This document shows, one piece after another, positions 27,184 through 37,469 of a DNA stretch of 64,000 nt. Source of the stretch: a virus; the IMG/VR virus record IMGVR_UViG_3300002835_000041, positions 1 through 64,000 of that record; one strand, written 5' to 3'. The position numbers and the translations under genes were made by a program. The notes beneath the pieces are model-generated. The model was not told the origin of the DNA, made no database searches, and saw only the letters and a list, made by a program, of their open reading frames with translations. How positions within the stretch are numbered: the stretch's first letter is position 1; each line of letters opens with the position of its first letter.

Positions 27184-30100
27184 ATGAACTACGTCGGCTT
27201 ACATGTCCACACCCATTTCAGTTTATTTGATGGGATTGCTACTCCAGAAGAATACGTGAACCGTGCAGTTGAGTTAGGGATGCCAGCAATTGCCATCACT
27301 GACCACGGTACTTTATCTGGGCATAGGGAACTGCACCGTATTGCAAAAGCAAAGGGCATTAAGCCAATTCTAGGTCTAGAAGGATACATGTGTGCAGACA
27401 TATCTGATACACGAGATAAGTCTGAAAGAGAAGGTCAACAAGATCTTGTCTACAATCACATTATCCTTCTAGCCAAGAATCAAATTGGTTTGGAAAACCT
27501 TAACAAGATTAGTGAACTATCTTGGACAGATGGTTTCTTTAAGAAGCCAAGATTTGATTTTAGTATATTAGAAAAATATAAAGAAGGAATTATTGTTTCT
27601 TCTGCTTGCCCAAGTAGCGTTTTAGTTAAAGCACTTGAGGAAGAAGAGTTTGCTCTCGCAAAGAAATATATCTCTTGGTTCAAAGAGCGCTTCGCTGATG
27701 ACTACTATATTGAGGTTATGCCTCACAATGAAGCACACATAAATAAGTATTTAATAGAACTTGCGGATGAGTTTGATATTAAAGTTATTGTTACACCAGA
27801 CTGCCACCATGTTGATCCATCACAAAAAGAAGTTCAAGAGTTTAAGTTGCTTATGAACACACATGGTAAGTTTGTAAAAGATGCAACATATGAGAAGTCA
27901 AAGAAAAAGGGCAACATGATGGAGCGCCTTGATTATCTTTATGGCGCAGATCGTCAAATGTCATTTAATAAGTTTGATATCCATCTTCTATCTTATGAAG
28001 AGATCAAAGCAGCCATGGAAGCGCAGGGTATTGATAGACCTGACATCTACTCAAACACAATCCTATTAGCAGAGACAGTAGGAGACTATGGAATTCAAGA
28101 AGGATTAAACCTACTACCAGTACAGTACAAGAGTCCTGACAAGGAACTTGCAAAGGTTGCTTTGGAAGGTTTGGCAGAGCGAGGTTTGTCAGAGAACAAA
28201 GAGTATCTTGATAGACTTGAAGAAGAGTTGCAAATTATTAAGGATAAGAAGTTTGCTCCATACTTCCTTGTTGTGAGTAACATGATCAACTGGGCGAAGA
28301 AAGAAGAGATAATGGTTGGCCCTGGTCGTGGTTCCTCTGCTGGATCTCTTGTTTGCTATGCACTAAAGATTACAGACATTGATCCTATTGAGCATAACCT
28401 TTTGTTCTTCCGCTTCATTAACCCAGAACGTAATGACTTTCCAGATATTGATACAGATATTCAGGACACTCGTCGTGAAGAAGTTAAAGATTATCTTGTT
28501 AGACAGTATCGACATGTTGCATCTATTGCAACCTTCCTTGAGTTTACAGGCAAGGGAATTGTAAGAGATGTTGCACGAGTATTAAACATTCCTTTGTCAG
28601 ATGTTAACAAGGTTTTAAAGACTGTAGACACATGGGATGACTTCTGCACATCTAAATCGACAAGAGAGTTCCGTGAAAAATATCCAGAGGTAGAGATCTA
28701 TGGAGAGCAACTTCGTGGTCGTATTCGTGGCACAGGTATTCACGCTGCAGGTGTTGTAACTGCAAAGGAACCAATCTTTAGATATGCACCGCTTGAGACA
28801 AGATCTTCTACTGGGTCTGATGAAAGAATTCCTGTTGTAGGTGTTGACATGGAAGAGGCAGAGAGAATTGGTTTAATTAAAATTGATGCGTTGGGACTTA
28901 AGACCTTGTCTGTTCTTAAGAATACAATCGATATTATCAAAGAGCGTGATGGGAAAAAGATTGATCTTCTTAAGATTAAGATGGACGACGCTAATGTTTA
29001 TCAGATGCTTTCGGATGGATATACAAAGGGTGTGTTCCAGTGTGAAGCAGCACCCTATACTAATCTTCTAGTTAAGATGGGTGTCAAGAATCTGAATGAA
29101 CTTGCAGCATCTAATGCTTTGGTTCGACCAGGTGCTATGAATACTATTGGAAAGGACTATGTTGATCGTAAGCATGGTCGTCAGAATATTTCTTATACTC
29201 ACCAAGTACTAAAACAATTTACGGAGGACACCTATGGCTGTATTCTTTACCAGGAACAAGTTATGCAAGCATGCGTACACCTTGGCGGTATGTCCATGTC
29301 GGAAGCAGATAAGGTTAGAAAGATCATTGGCAAGAAAAAAGATGCTAAAGAATTTGATCAGTTTAAAGAGAAGTTCGTAGAGGGCGCATCAAAGTTTATT
29401 GCTCCCAATCTTGCTCGTGATCTGTGGCATGACTTTGAGGCTCACGCAGGGTACTCATTCAACAAGTCTCACGCAGTAGCATACTCAACTCTATCATACT
29501 GGACAGCATGGCTAAAGTATTATTACCCACTTGAGTTTATGTACTCAGTGTTAAAGAATGAAAAGGATAAAGATGCGAGAACTGAATACCTTATTGAAGC
29601 AAAAAGAATGGGCATTAGCATTAAGTTACCTCACATTAACGATTCGGATATCGATTTTAAAATTGAGGGTAAAGGCATTCGGTTTGGACTCAGTGCTATC
29701 AAGTTCATATCTGACAAGATTGGTGAACGATACATATCAGCACGACCATTCCGTTCGTACAAAGAACTTGAAGAATTTACCTTTACCAAAGGCAACGGAG
29801 TAAACTCTCGTGCACTCCAAGCACTTAGAGTAATTGGAGCAGCAACATTTAATGATAATCCTAGAAATGATCAGGAGATTAAAGAAAACCTATATGAATA
29901 TTTAAACCTTCCAGAGTTTAATATTACAATACCTTCTCACTACTATGCTTTCATTCAGGATATTGTTGACTTTGAAGAAAAAGGATCATACATCTTTATG
30001 GGTATGGTAAAATCAATTAAAAGAGGAACAGGATGGTCACGAGTTGAAATTTTGGACAAAACTGGCAGCGTCGGTATATTTGATGATGAGAATACAACTA

Positions 30101-30459
30101 TTGAGACGGGTCGTTCTTACTTGGTTCTTTGTAATGATAACAGGATTGTATCTTTCATACCATCTGACGAAATAAAAGAGTCATCCAATGCTCTTGTAAA
30201 ATTCTTAAGTTACAAGCAACTTCCATACAAGGATGATGAAATGTTTGTAGTCTCATTTAAGCCAAGGATTACAAAGACAGGGAAGAAGATGGCATCTCTT
30301 ACTCTTGCTGATACAAGTAGAGATCTTCATTCAATCACAGTATTTCCTACATCTTTTGCAAAGGCGTACATGAGTATTGAAGAAGGAAAATCTTATAAGT
30401 TTGATTTTGGAAAAACAAAAGACGGAACAGTAACATTGGAGGATGTACATGTCGGTTAG
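27184..30459 (+). CDS. dnaE: DNA polymerase III alpha subunit (family C)
   Basis: PHP domain HVHTHFSLFDG/TDHG, GRGSSAGSL, catalytic PDIDTD, FNKSHAVAY. No intein. Confidence 0.97.
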   Translation: MNYVGLHVHTHFSLFDGIATPEEYVNRAVELGMPAIAITDHGTLSGHRELHRIAKAKGIKPILGLEGYMCADISDTRDKSEREGQQDLVYNHIILLAKNQIGLENLNKISELSWTDGFFKKPRFDFSILEKYKEGIIVSSACPSSVLVKALEEEEFALAKKYISWFKERFADDYYIEVMPHNEAHINKYLIELADEFDIKVIVTPDCHHVDPSQKEVQEFKLLMNTHGKFVKDATYEKSKKKGNMMERLDYLYGADRQMSFNKFDIHLLSYEEIKAAMEAQGIDRPDIYSNTILLAETVGDYGIQEGLNLLPVQYKSPDKELAKVALEGLAERGLSENKEYLDRLEEELQIIKDKKFAPYFLVVSNMINWAKKEEIMVGPGRGSSAGSLVCYALKITDIDPIEHNLLFFRFINPERNDFPDIDTDIQDTRREEVKDYLVRQYRHVASIATFLEFTGKGIVRDVARVLNIPLSDVNKVLKTVDTWDDFCTSKSTREFREKYPEVEIYGEQLRGRIRGTGIHAAGVVTAKEPIFRYAPLETRSSTGSDERIPVVGVDMEEAERIGLIKIDALGLKTLSVLKNTIDIIKERDGKKIDLLKIKMDDANVYQMLSDGYTKGVFQCEAAPYTNLLVKMGVKNLNELAASNALVRPGAMNTIGKDYVDRKHGRQNISYTHQVLKQFTEDTYGCILYQEQVMQACVHLGGMSMSEADKVRKIIGKKKDAKEFDQFKEKFVEGASKFIAPNLARDLWHDFEAHAGYSFNKSHAVAYSTLSYWTAWLKYYYPLEFMYSVLKNEKDKDARTEYLIEAKRMGISIKLPHINDSDIDFKIEGKGIRFGLSAIKFISDKIGERYISARPFRSYKELEEFTFTKGNGVNSRALQALRVIGAATFNDNPRNDQEIKENLYEYLNLPEFNITIPSHYYAFIQDIVDFEEKGSYIFMGMVKSIKRGTGWSRVEILDKTGSVGIFDDENTTIETGRSYLVLCNDNRIVSFIPSDEIKESSNALVKFLSYKQLPYKDDEMFVVSFKPRITKTGKKMASLTLADTSRDLHSITVFPTSFAKAYMSIEEGKSYKFDFGKTKDGTVTLEDVHVG

Positions 30460-31459
30460 TATAGAAGAAGCATTAGCACAACTTGATCCCAAGTTGAGGA
30501 AAAGATTAGGTAGTGGAGTCGGAGTTAACTACGAGTATCAACCTACCCCTAGTTTTGGTTTAAACCGTGCTCTGGGTGGCGGACTCCCATATGGCAGACA
30601 AGTTCTTATTTGGGGGTCAAAGTCTTCTGCAAAGTCCTCTATGTGCCTTCAGATGATTGCCCTAGCACAAGCAGAAGGAAAACTTTGTGCATGGATTGAC
30701 TCTGAGATGTCTTACTCTGAAGACTGGGCTAGACAACTTGGGGTAGACCCAGAAAAACTAATTTACTCACAAGCAAGAACTATTAGTGATATGGTAGATG
30801 TTGGCGTTGGACTAATGAACGCTGGCGTTGACTTAATTGTGGTAGACTCTATTACATCAATGCTTCCAGCAATCTATTTTGAAAAAGATACTGACGAGAT
30901 GAAGGCATTAGAAAACACTAAACAGATTGGAGCCGAATCCCGTGACTTTAGTAACGCATGGAAAATGCTTAACTATGCAAACAATAAAGTTAAGCCAACT
31001 TTGCTTGTTCTTATTTCTCAGTCTCGTAACAATATCAATGCTATGTATACTAGCCAGCAGCCTTCTGGTGGTCAGGCTACTAAGTTTTATTCCTCATGTA
31101 TTGTTAAACTCTTTTCTTCAGAGTCAGACAATCAAGCGATTAAGGGCAAGATCAAGGTAGGAGATAAATTAATTGAAGAAAAAATTGGTAGAACTATTAA
31201 GTGGGAACTCCAGTTCTCCAAAACCTCTCCAGGGTTCCAGTCTGGTGAGTATGATTTTTATTTTAGAGGTGACGATATTGGTCTTGATACCATTGGTGAT
31301 TTGGTTACTACCGCAGAACTAAATGGTATTGTAGAGCGCACAGGTGCTTGGTATATACTTCCTGATGGTACAAAGGTTCAGGGCAAGGAAGCATTCGTTA
31401 ATCGTGTAAGAGAGGATCTTGACTTGCAAGAATCAATTAAGTCAAAACTCAATGCCTAG
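30443..31459 (+). CDS. recA: RecA/UvsX-like recombinase
   Basis: LNRALGGGLPYGR, P-loop WGSKSSAKS, IVVDSI, SGGQATKF. Confidence 0.93.
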   Translation: MYMSVSIEEALAQLDPKLRKRLGSGVGVNYEYQPTPSFGLNRALGGGLPYGRQVLIWGSKSSAKSSMCLQMIALAQAEGKLCAWIDSEMSYSEDWARQLGVDPEKLIYSQARTISDMVDVGVGLMNAGVDLIVVDSITSMLPAIYFEKDTDEMKALENTKQIGAESRDFSNAWKMLNYANNKVKPTLLVLISQSRNNINAMYTSQQPSGGQATKFYSSCIVKLFSSESDNQAIKGKIKVGDKLIEEKIGRTIKWELQFSKTSPGFQSGEYDFYFRGDDIGLDTIGDLVTTAELNGIVERTGAWYILPDGTKVQGKEAFVNRVREDLDLQESIKSKLNA

Positions 31460-31628
31460 TTTCACGGTTTATCAGGGTACCTTTTTGTGCCATACATGTA
31501 AAGCAGAGGTAAAGACTCTCAGGCTTTATGCCGAAACAAAAGAAATGACTTGGATGTGTAAGGATAAACATCTAAGCAAGGTTAGCCTTGGTAAAAGAAA
31601 GAAGAGCGACTTTGACGGAGAAGAGTGA
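31452..31628 (+). CDS. Small Zn-binding protein
   Basis: CHTC and CKDKH; ATG overlaps the recA end. Confidence 0.55.
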   Translation: MPSFTVYQGTFLCHTCKAEVKTLRLYAETKEMTWMCKDKHLSKVSLGKRKKSDFDGEE

Positions 31629-31899
31629 GTCCAAAAGAATAGGTGCCAAACAGCACAAGAACTCTGGTCGTAATACCCAAAAAGGTGATGCTTCCTGGAA
31701 AAATTTTGTTGTAGATTTTAAAGAGGTAGGCAAATCATTTACGCTAAATAAAGAAGTCTGGGCTAAGGCTACAACTGATGCTATGAAAAATGGCAAAGAT
31801 CCAGCAATCGTTGTTGTGATGGGAGAGGCTAATTCTAAGGTCAGACTTGCTATAATTGAGATGAGTATTTTAGAACAACTTTTAGAGGATGGTGTATAA
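31588..31899 (+). CDS. PD-(D/E)xK Holliday-junction-resolvase-like protein
   Basis: NSG...KGD...VVDFKE motif of Hjc-like phage resolvases. Confidence 0.65.
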   Translation: MVKERRATLTEKSESKRIGAKQHKNSGRNTQKGDASWKNFVVDFKEVGKSFTLNKEVWAKATTDAMKNGKDPAIVVVMGEANSKVRLAIIEMSILEQLLEDGV

Positions 31900-31906
31900 T
31901 AGTATT

Positions 31907-32584
31907 ATGAATACAGGATATGAGCCAAAAAATAAGATAGTTCCACATATCGTACGAGATTTCTTTACTGAAGAAGAGGTAGAAGTTCTCCTTGCAATAA
32001 TTAACTACCAAAAAAAGGCTAAGGATTTGGATGCATTTTATGCTCCTCTAGTTCTTCCTGACATGGCAAGAATGCAAATTGAAGTAATGTACCCAGAACA
32101 TATACGCAGAAAACTTGAAAAGTTTGCTTCAGATATGGTTGGAGAAGAAGTCTTTATGTACCACAATAGTTATTTAAGTTATAACAAAGAACACAATTCC
32201 GATGCAAATCCAAAGTTGCCAGTTCACTATGATTCAGATAATTACTTTACTAAACTTACAATGGACTACCAACTTGGCGCTAATATTGATTGGCCAATAG
32301 TAATTGAGAATGAAAGTTTTAATCTTCAATATGGAGATCTTCTTATTTTCTGGGGTGCAGGACAAGCCCATTGGAGAGAGCCAGTATTATTTAAAGAAGG
32401 AGATAACACAGAAGTTTTGACTATGCATTTTTCAACATTTAAAGATTTTCATGAGTTAAACCTTCCTGCTAGGGCACCAGAAGAAAGAAAGAAAAGACTT
32501 CAAAAATGGAATCAAGATCCAGTATTTGCAAAATATAAAGAAGATTTTAACAAAAAAGAAGAATCTCTAATAGAATCAAAATAA
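31907..32584 (+). CDS. 2OG-Fe(II) oxygenase-like protein
   Basis: HxD (VHYD), GDLLIF, distal His (AHWRE). Leaderless promoter TATAAT at 31895-31900. Confidence 0.65.
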   Translation: MNTGYEPKNKIVPHIVRDFFTEEEVEVLLAIINYQKKAKDLDAFYAPLVLPDMARMQIEVMYPEHIRRKLEKFASDMVGEEVFMYHNSYLSYNKEHNSDANPKLPVHYDSDNYFTKLTMDYQLGANIDWPIVIENESFNLQYGDLLIFWGAGQAHWREPVLFKEGDNTEVLTMHFSTFKDFHELNLPARAPEERKKRLQKWNQDPVFAKYKEDFNKKEESLIESK

Positions 32585-32615
32585 ATAACTAAAGCAACTA
32601 CTAGATCGGATAAAA

Positions 32616-32921
32616 ATGCAAAACGAAAACACGACAATTAATATGGTAAATGGTCTTGCAGAAATTGCGGACTATATGCAAGATGAAGAACTTACTACAG
32701 CGCTTACTTTTATTGCCAAGATTATTATTAAGCCAGACATTCCCTTGAATGTGGCACATATTGAAATCGTAAGGCTTCAAGCAATCGCAGCAAAGATGGC
32801 TTTTAAGGCAACCTGGATGGCAAATGTTGACAAGTCAGATCGAGGAAAGAAGAATCTTTATTATACGGCAGCAGAGTCTTTAAATAGTTTGGTATCTGCA
32901 CTAAAATACATAACAAGATAG
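32616..32921 (+). CDS. Hypothetical helical protein
   Basis: Clean ORF in the recombination module. Confidence 0.6.
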   Translation: MQNENTTINMVNGLAEIADYMQDEELTTALTFIAKIIIKPDIPLNVAHIEIVRLQAIAAKMAFKATWMANVDKSDRGKKNLYYTAAESLNSLVSALKYITR

Positions 32922-32956
32922 TCTGCTATACTTATAACTAATAGAAACGAGAAACG

Positions 32957-33772
32957 ATGACGAAGAATTTGTTGCATACAGTAATGATAAAGCCAGAAGA
33001 AAAGCCAATCCACTCAATGGATATAGCAGGACTTGAGGCAAAGATTAAAGAAGGATACACGATTACTCGTGTAGATAAGCATACAACCAAGAAAACTTTT
33101 GCTCCATCTACTATTGCCTATGGGCACGGAGAATGTGCCAGATACTGGTACCTTGCTTTTGATGGTCAAATGTTTGAGGATAATGCAGATGCCTACAGCG
33201 CAGCAAATATGACTGCTGGAACTTTGTCGCATGCAAGAATTCAGAATGCAATGATGAACGCTGGTATAGTTAAGGTTTATCGTGATGACGATAATGAGGC
33301 TACAACAGAATTTAAGATTAGACATGACGATCCACCTATCTTTGGTTATGGAGATGTTATGTTTGATTGGCAAGGCCAAGAACTTATTGGTGAAATTAAA
33401 ACAATGATGAACGAAGGGTTCGAATATAGAAAGGCATCAGGCAAGGCCAAGACTGGTCACTTGATGCAATTACTTATTTATATGAAGATCTTAAAGAAAC
33501 CAACAGGTGTCATGATTTATGAAAATAAAAATAATCATGAACTTCTTTTGATACCTGTAGATGTAAACGATCATTACCGTCGGTGGGTAGACCAGGCATT
33601 TGATTGGATGAGACTAGTTAGAAAGACATGGGAAGACAGAACCCTGCCAAACAAAAACTATAGATCAAATTCCAAGATATGCAAGTCATGCCCAATTAAA
33701 AAAGCATGTGAGTCTGCAGGTCCAGGCGTAATAAAAATAGCGCCCTTGGAGATTCTCGGTGAACAATTGTAA
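32957..33772 (+). CDS. Cas4-like / PD-(D/E)xK exonuclease with Fe-S cysteines
   Basis: ECARYW, GYGD..EIKT, QLLIYM and C-terminal CKSCPIKKAC. Confidence 0.85.
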   Translation: MTKNLLHTVMIKPEEKPIHSMDIAGLEAKIKEGYTITRVDKHTTKKTFAPSTIAYGHGECARYWYLAFDGQMFEDNADAYSAANMTAGTLSHARIQNAMMNAGIVKVYRDDDNEATTEFKIRHDDPPIFGYGDVMFDWQGQELIGEIKTMMNEGFEYRKASGKAKTGHLMQLLIYMKILKKPTGVMIYENKNNHELLLIPVDVNDHYRRWVDQAFDWMRLVRKTWEDRTLPNKNYRSNSKICKSCPIKKACESAGPGVIKIAPLEILGEQL

Positions 33773-34043
33773 ATGTTGCGATAATAGTTTTATGCCTGCA
33801 GTATCATATCAAATATATTGCTCGCAAAACTGTAGAGATATTGCAACAAAAGAAAAGATTGCAGCAAGATATCTGCAATCAAAAAGGCAAAAAAGAAAAG
33901 GAAAGACAAGGCTTTGCAAGTCTTGCTCTTTACCTCTTTCTATATACAACGACGATCCAATATGTTCTTCTTGTGCAGTAAATCCAGACGCAGTTAGTAA
34001 AGCAATTAAAGAGATAAAGGGTAGGGGTAATGGTAAAAAATAG
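33759..34043 (+). CDS. Cys-rich Zn-finger protein
   Basis: Four Cys pairs (CKCC, CSQNC, CKSC, CSSC). Confidence 0.6.
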   Translation: MNNCKCCDNSFMPAVSYQIYCSQNCRDIATKEKIAARYLQSKRQKRKGKTRLCKSCSLPLSIYNDDPICSSCAVNPDAVSKAIKEIKGRGNGKK

Positions 34044-34620
34044 ATGGGGCCTAGAGATAAAACCGCACAAGATTTGCGCCATTGACGCTAGTACAAACAG
34101 TCTTGCCTTTGCATTATTCTCTGGCGATGATCTTGAGTCTGTAGGAAAAATATATTTTGAAGGAAATAATGTATACGAAAAGGTTATGGATGCTGGTAAA
34201 AAAGTAAAAGCATTCTTTGATATTTACGGTGGGTTTGAAGCAATTGTAATTGAGCATACTGTTTTTATGAATAGCCCAAAAACTGCAGCAGATCTTGCTT
34301 TGGTTCAGGGAGCAATACTTGGATCAGCAGGACAGACTGGGACAAAGGTTATAGGAAAAGTTTCTCCTATTACTTGGCAAAATTTTATAGGTAATAAAAA
34401 AATATCTAAGGATGAACAGTTGTTTATTCGTTCACAAATACCTGGAAAGTCTGAGTCCTACTATAAGGCGCATGAGCGTATGCTTAGAAAAGAAAGAACT
34501 ATAAAGTTTATTAATACAATTTATGATAGGACAATTACAGATAACGATGTCGCAGACGCTTGTGGTATCGGTCACTGGGCACTAAAGAATTGGGGAAAAG
34601 CAATTGGAGTTGACAACTAG
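34030..34620 (+). CDS. ruvC: RuvC-like Holliday junction resolvase
   Basis: AIDASTNSLAFA, IVIEH, LALVQGAI, DNDVADACGI. Confidence 0.85.
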   Translation: MVKNRWGLEIKPHKICAIDASTNSLAFALFSGDDLESVGKIYFEGNNVYEKVMDAGKKVKAFFDIYGGFEAIVIEHTVFMNSPKTAADLALVQGAILGSAGQTGTKVIGKVSPITWQNFIGNKKISKDEQLFIRSQIPGKSESYYKAHERMLRKERTIKFINTIYDRTITDNDVADACGIGHWALKNWGKAIGVDN

Positions 34621-34624
34621 TATC

Positions 34625-34780
34625 ATGGCTGCTAAACTATATACAAGTGAAACCTTTATGCGTAAGAGATACCTTATGGATAAAAAAACACCAGAAGATA
34701 TTGCAAAGGAATGTGGATGCTCACTAGAGACGATCTATGTTTACCTTGCTAAGTTTGGATTAAGGAAATCAAAACGATGA
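34625..34780 (+). CDS. Small HTH protein (51 aa; below the ORF-track cut-off)
   Basis: Hand translation gives MAAKLYTS...KTPEDIAKECGCSLETIYVYLAKFGL. Confidence 0.7.
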   Translation: MAAKLYTSETFMRKRYLMDKKTPEDIAKECGCSLETIYVYLAKFGLRKSKR

Positions 34781-34911
34781 ATAAAGTTGAAAAAGCATTG
34801 GTAGCACTTGCTGTTGCAGGTAGCGTTGGTTTTGCTTTTGCGTTTGCTGTGCTAAAGGGTATTCCAGAAACATTTGATTGGGAGTCTGACGAGGAGGAAT
34901 CTTATGAGTGA
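34777..34911 (+). CDS. Small membrane protein (44 aa)
   Basis: ATGA coupling at both ends; hydrophobic LVALAVAGSVGFAFAFAVL. Confidence 0.55.
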   Translation: MNKVEKALVALAVAGSVGFAFAFAVLKGIPETFDWESDEEESYE

Positions 34912-35146
34912 TAATCTAAACATAACCGTTGACCAAGTAAACAATCCATTACACTACACATCAGATCCATCTGGCATTGAGTGTATTCAGATAACTCGTC
35001 ATCGTAACTTTAATATTGGAAATGCATTCAAGTATCTTTGGAGAGCAGGACTTAAGGATGAAGCAAAGACTATACAGGATTTAGAGAAGGCAATTTTCTA
35101 TATTAAAGATGAGATAAACAGATTAGAAGGCAAGCATGTCAACTGA
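34904..35146 (+). CDS. DUF3310-like phage protein
   Basis: VNNPLHY...IECI...FNIGNAFKYLWRAG.K signature. Confidence 0.85.
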   Translation: MSDNLNITVDQVNNPLHYTSDPSGIECIQITRHRNFNIGNAFKYLWRAGLKDEAKTIQDLEKAIFYIKDEINRLEGKHVN

Positions 35147-35672
35147 AGATGATCTGGTTAAACATTTAGACCAAGTAAATCAAGTTGTAGAAGAATACCT
35201 AAAGGGTAATGACCCCACAGTAATTTCAAAACAACTTTCCATCCCAAGGCAAAGAGTTGTAACCCTTATCAATGAGTGGAAAGTTATGGCATCTGCTAAT
35301 GATGCTATCCGTGCTCGTGCTAAAGAAGCACTTGCAGCAGCAGATACACACTACAGCAAGTTGGTATCTCGCACATACGAAGTTATTGATGAAGCATCTA
35401 TGACTAATAACCTTAGTGCAAAGACTGCTGCCATCAAACTTGTTATGGACATTGAATCAAAGCGTATTGATATGCTTCAAAAGGCTGGTCTTCTTGAAAA
35501 TAAAGAACTTGCTGAAGAGATGATGGAAATTGAAAAGCGTCAAGACATACTTGTTCTTATCTTAAAAGACATTGCATCTGAATATCCCCAGGTTCGTGAT
35601 GAGATTATGCGTAGACTTTCTTCATTTGCAAAAGACAATGAGGTGATTACAGTTGTCCACGACATTCAATGA
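35136..35672 (+). CDS. Terminase small subunit (putative, HTH)
   Basis: N-terminal HTH (ISKQLSIPRQRV), coiled coil, overlaps the large terminase gene. Confidence 0.65.
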   Translation: MSTEDDLVKHLDQVNQVVEEYLKGNDPTVISKQLSIPRQRVVTLINEWKVMASANDAIRARAKEALAAADTHYSKLVSRTYEVIDEASMTNNLSAKTAAIKLVMDIESKRIDMLQKAGLLENKELAEEMMEIEKRQDILVLILKDIASEYPQVRDEIMRRLSSFAKDNEVITVVHDIQ

Positions 35673-37449
35673 TTTTTTTGAAGTTCTTAAGGATAACAGT
35701 TTTCAAGAAAATCCAGTCGATGCAAAGACATTTGTTGAAGGAGAAGCATACCTAGGTCAGCCTGGGCTATCTGATATTCAATATGACATTGTAGAAGCAA
35801 TGAGTCAGATATATCGTAAAGAAGATCTTGTAGACCTTATGGGAGAAGAAGAAGGCACAAGATACTTTGAAAAATATACTAAGAACGAAATCATCCTGCA
35901 ACTTGGCAAGGGATCTGGAAAAGACTTCGTATCTACAGTAGCATGTGCATATATCGTATATAAACTTTTATGCTTAAAAGACCCAGCCAAGTATTTTGGT
36001 AAGCCATCTGGAGATGCCATTGACCTAATTAATGTGGCTATCAACGCACAGCAGGCTAAGAATGTTTTCTTTAAAGGTTTTAAATCAAAGATTGAAAGAT
36101 CACCGTGGTTTGCTGGAAAGTATTATGCAAAAGCAGACTCAGTTGAGTTTGACAAGTCTATAACAGTCTACTCTGGCCACTCAGAAAGAGAATCACATGA
36201 GGGATTAAACCTTCTTCTTGCAGTGCTTGATGAGATCTCTGGATTTGCATCTGAAGTTGGAACTGGTAATGAACAAGGAAAGACTGCTGAGAATATCTAT
36301 AAGGCTTTCCGTGGATCAGTAGACTCTCGTTTCCCAGACCTTGGAAAAGTTGTTTTACTTTCATTCCCAAGATACCCAGGAGACTACATCTCAGAAAAGT
36401 ATGATGCGGTTGTGGCAGAAAAAGAAGTAGTTGAAAGAACCCACGAGTTTATTATTAATCCATTGCTACCAGATACAGACCCAAACAATAAGTTTGAAAT
36501 TTCGTGGGATGAAGATCATATTATTTCATACAAATATCCAGGAGTATTTGCATTAAAAAGACCCACATGGGAAGTAAATCCAACAAGACAGATTGATGAC
36601 TTTAAGATTGCTTTTATGACTGACCTTGGAGATGCAATGATGCGCTTTACATGCGTACCAACATTTGCTTCTGATGCATTCTTTAAGCAGCACGAAAAGG
36701 TCAGAGCCTGTATGACACTTAGAAACCCTGTAGATAACTTTAGAAGGTTTGACGAATCATTTAAACCAGATCCAACCAAGAAGTATTATGTACACGCTGA
36801 CCTTGCCCAGAAGCACGATAAGTGTGCAGTTGCTATTGCACATGTAGAAAAATGGGTAAGCATCCAGGTAATTAATAATTACGAACAAGTAGCACCAATT
36901 GTAGTAGTAGATGCAGTAGCATGGTGGGAACCAAAGATCGAAGGTCCTGTAAATCTATCTGAAGTTAAGCAGTGGATCCAAAACCTCAGAAGACTTGGTT
37001 TTGATATTGGTATGGTTTCCTTTGATCGTTGGCAGTCATTTGATATTCAAAATGAACTAAAGCAGGTTGGAATGAATACTGATACTGTTTCTGTTGCTAA
37101 AAAGCACTATGAAGATATGGCAATGCTTGTGTATGAGGAAAGACTTGCTATGCCAGCAATTGATTTATTGTTTGATGAACTAACACAGTTAAAGATTATG
37201 AAAAATGATAGAGTTGACCACCCACGCAAAAAGTCAAAAGACTTGGCTGATGCCGTATGTGGTGCAATTTTTGGAGCAATATCACATACTCCAAAAAATA
37301 TGGACACTGAAGTAGAGGTTCACACCTTTAGAGACAGACCAAAGACTCCAGAAGAGCAATTTGACCTGGAAAGTCGCAATGTGATACAATATAAACCTAG
37401 CCAAATAGAAGAGATAAAAGACTATTTGGACAGACTAAAAACACTATAA
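35653..37449 (+). CDS. terL: Terminase large subunit
   Basis: Walker A LGKGSGKD, Walker B VLDEISGF, nuclease motifs HADLA, FDRWQS, KDLADA. Confidence 0.92.
   Translation: MSTTFNDFFEVLKDNSFQENPVDAKTFVEGEAYLGQPGLSDIQYDIVEAMSQIYRKEDLVDLMGEEEGTRYFEKYTKNEIILQLGKGSGKDFVSTVACAYIVYKLLCLKDPAKYFGKPSGDAIDLINVAINAQQAKNVFFKGFKSKIERSPWFAGKYYAKADSVEFDKSITVYSGHSERESHEGLNLLLAVLDEISGFASEVGTGNEQGKTAENIYKAFRGSVDSRFPDLGKVVLLSFPRYPGDYISEKYDAVVAEKEVVERTHEFIINPLLPDTDPNNKFEISWDEDHIISYKYPGVFALKRPTWEVNPTRQIDDFKIAFMTDLGDAMMRFTCVPTFASDAFFKQHEKVRACMTLRNPVDNFRRFDESFKPDPTKKYYVHADLAQKHDKCAVAIAHVEKWVSIQVINNYEQVAPIVVVDAVAWWEPKIEGPVNLSEVKQWIQNLRRLGFDIGMVSFDRWQSFDIQNELKQVGMNTDTVSVAKKHYEDMAMLVYEERLAMPAIDLLFDELTQLKIMKNDRVDHPRKKSKDLADAVCGAIFGAISHTPKNMDTEVEVHTFRDRPKTPEEQFDLESRNVIQYKPSQIEEIKDYLDRLKTL
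37361..37390 (+). promoter_or_regulatory. Sigma70/HrdB-type promoter embedded in the 3' end of terL
   Basis: TTGACC at 37361-66, 18 nt spacer, TGA-TACAAT at 37382-90; upstream of the Ig-like gene. Confidence 0.55.
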
Positions 37450-37469
37450 AAAGAAAAGGAATAAATTAA

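Noticed and set aside
32957-33772. Cas4-like gene as evidence of a CRISPR-Cas system
   Set aside because: No repeat-spacer array or other cas genes seen in the window. Solo Cas4-like exonucleases are ordinary phage recombination genes.
24056-37449. Inteins or introns in DnaB, DnaE, RecA or TerL
   Set aside because: Lengths are normal, motifs are contiguous and no C/S...HN splice motifs were seen.
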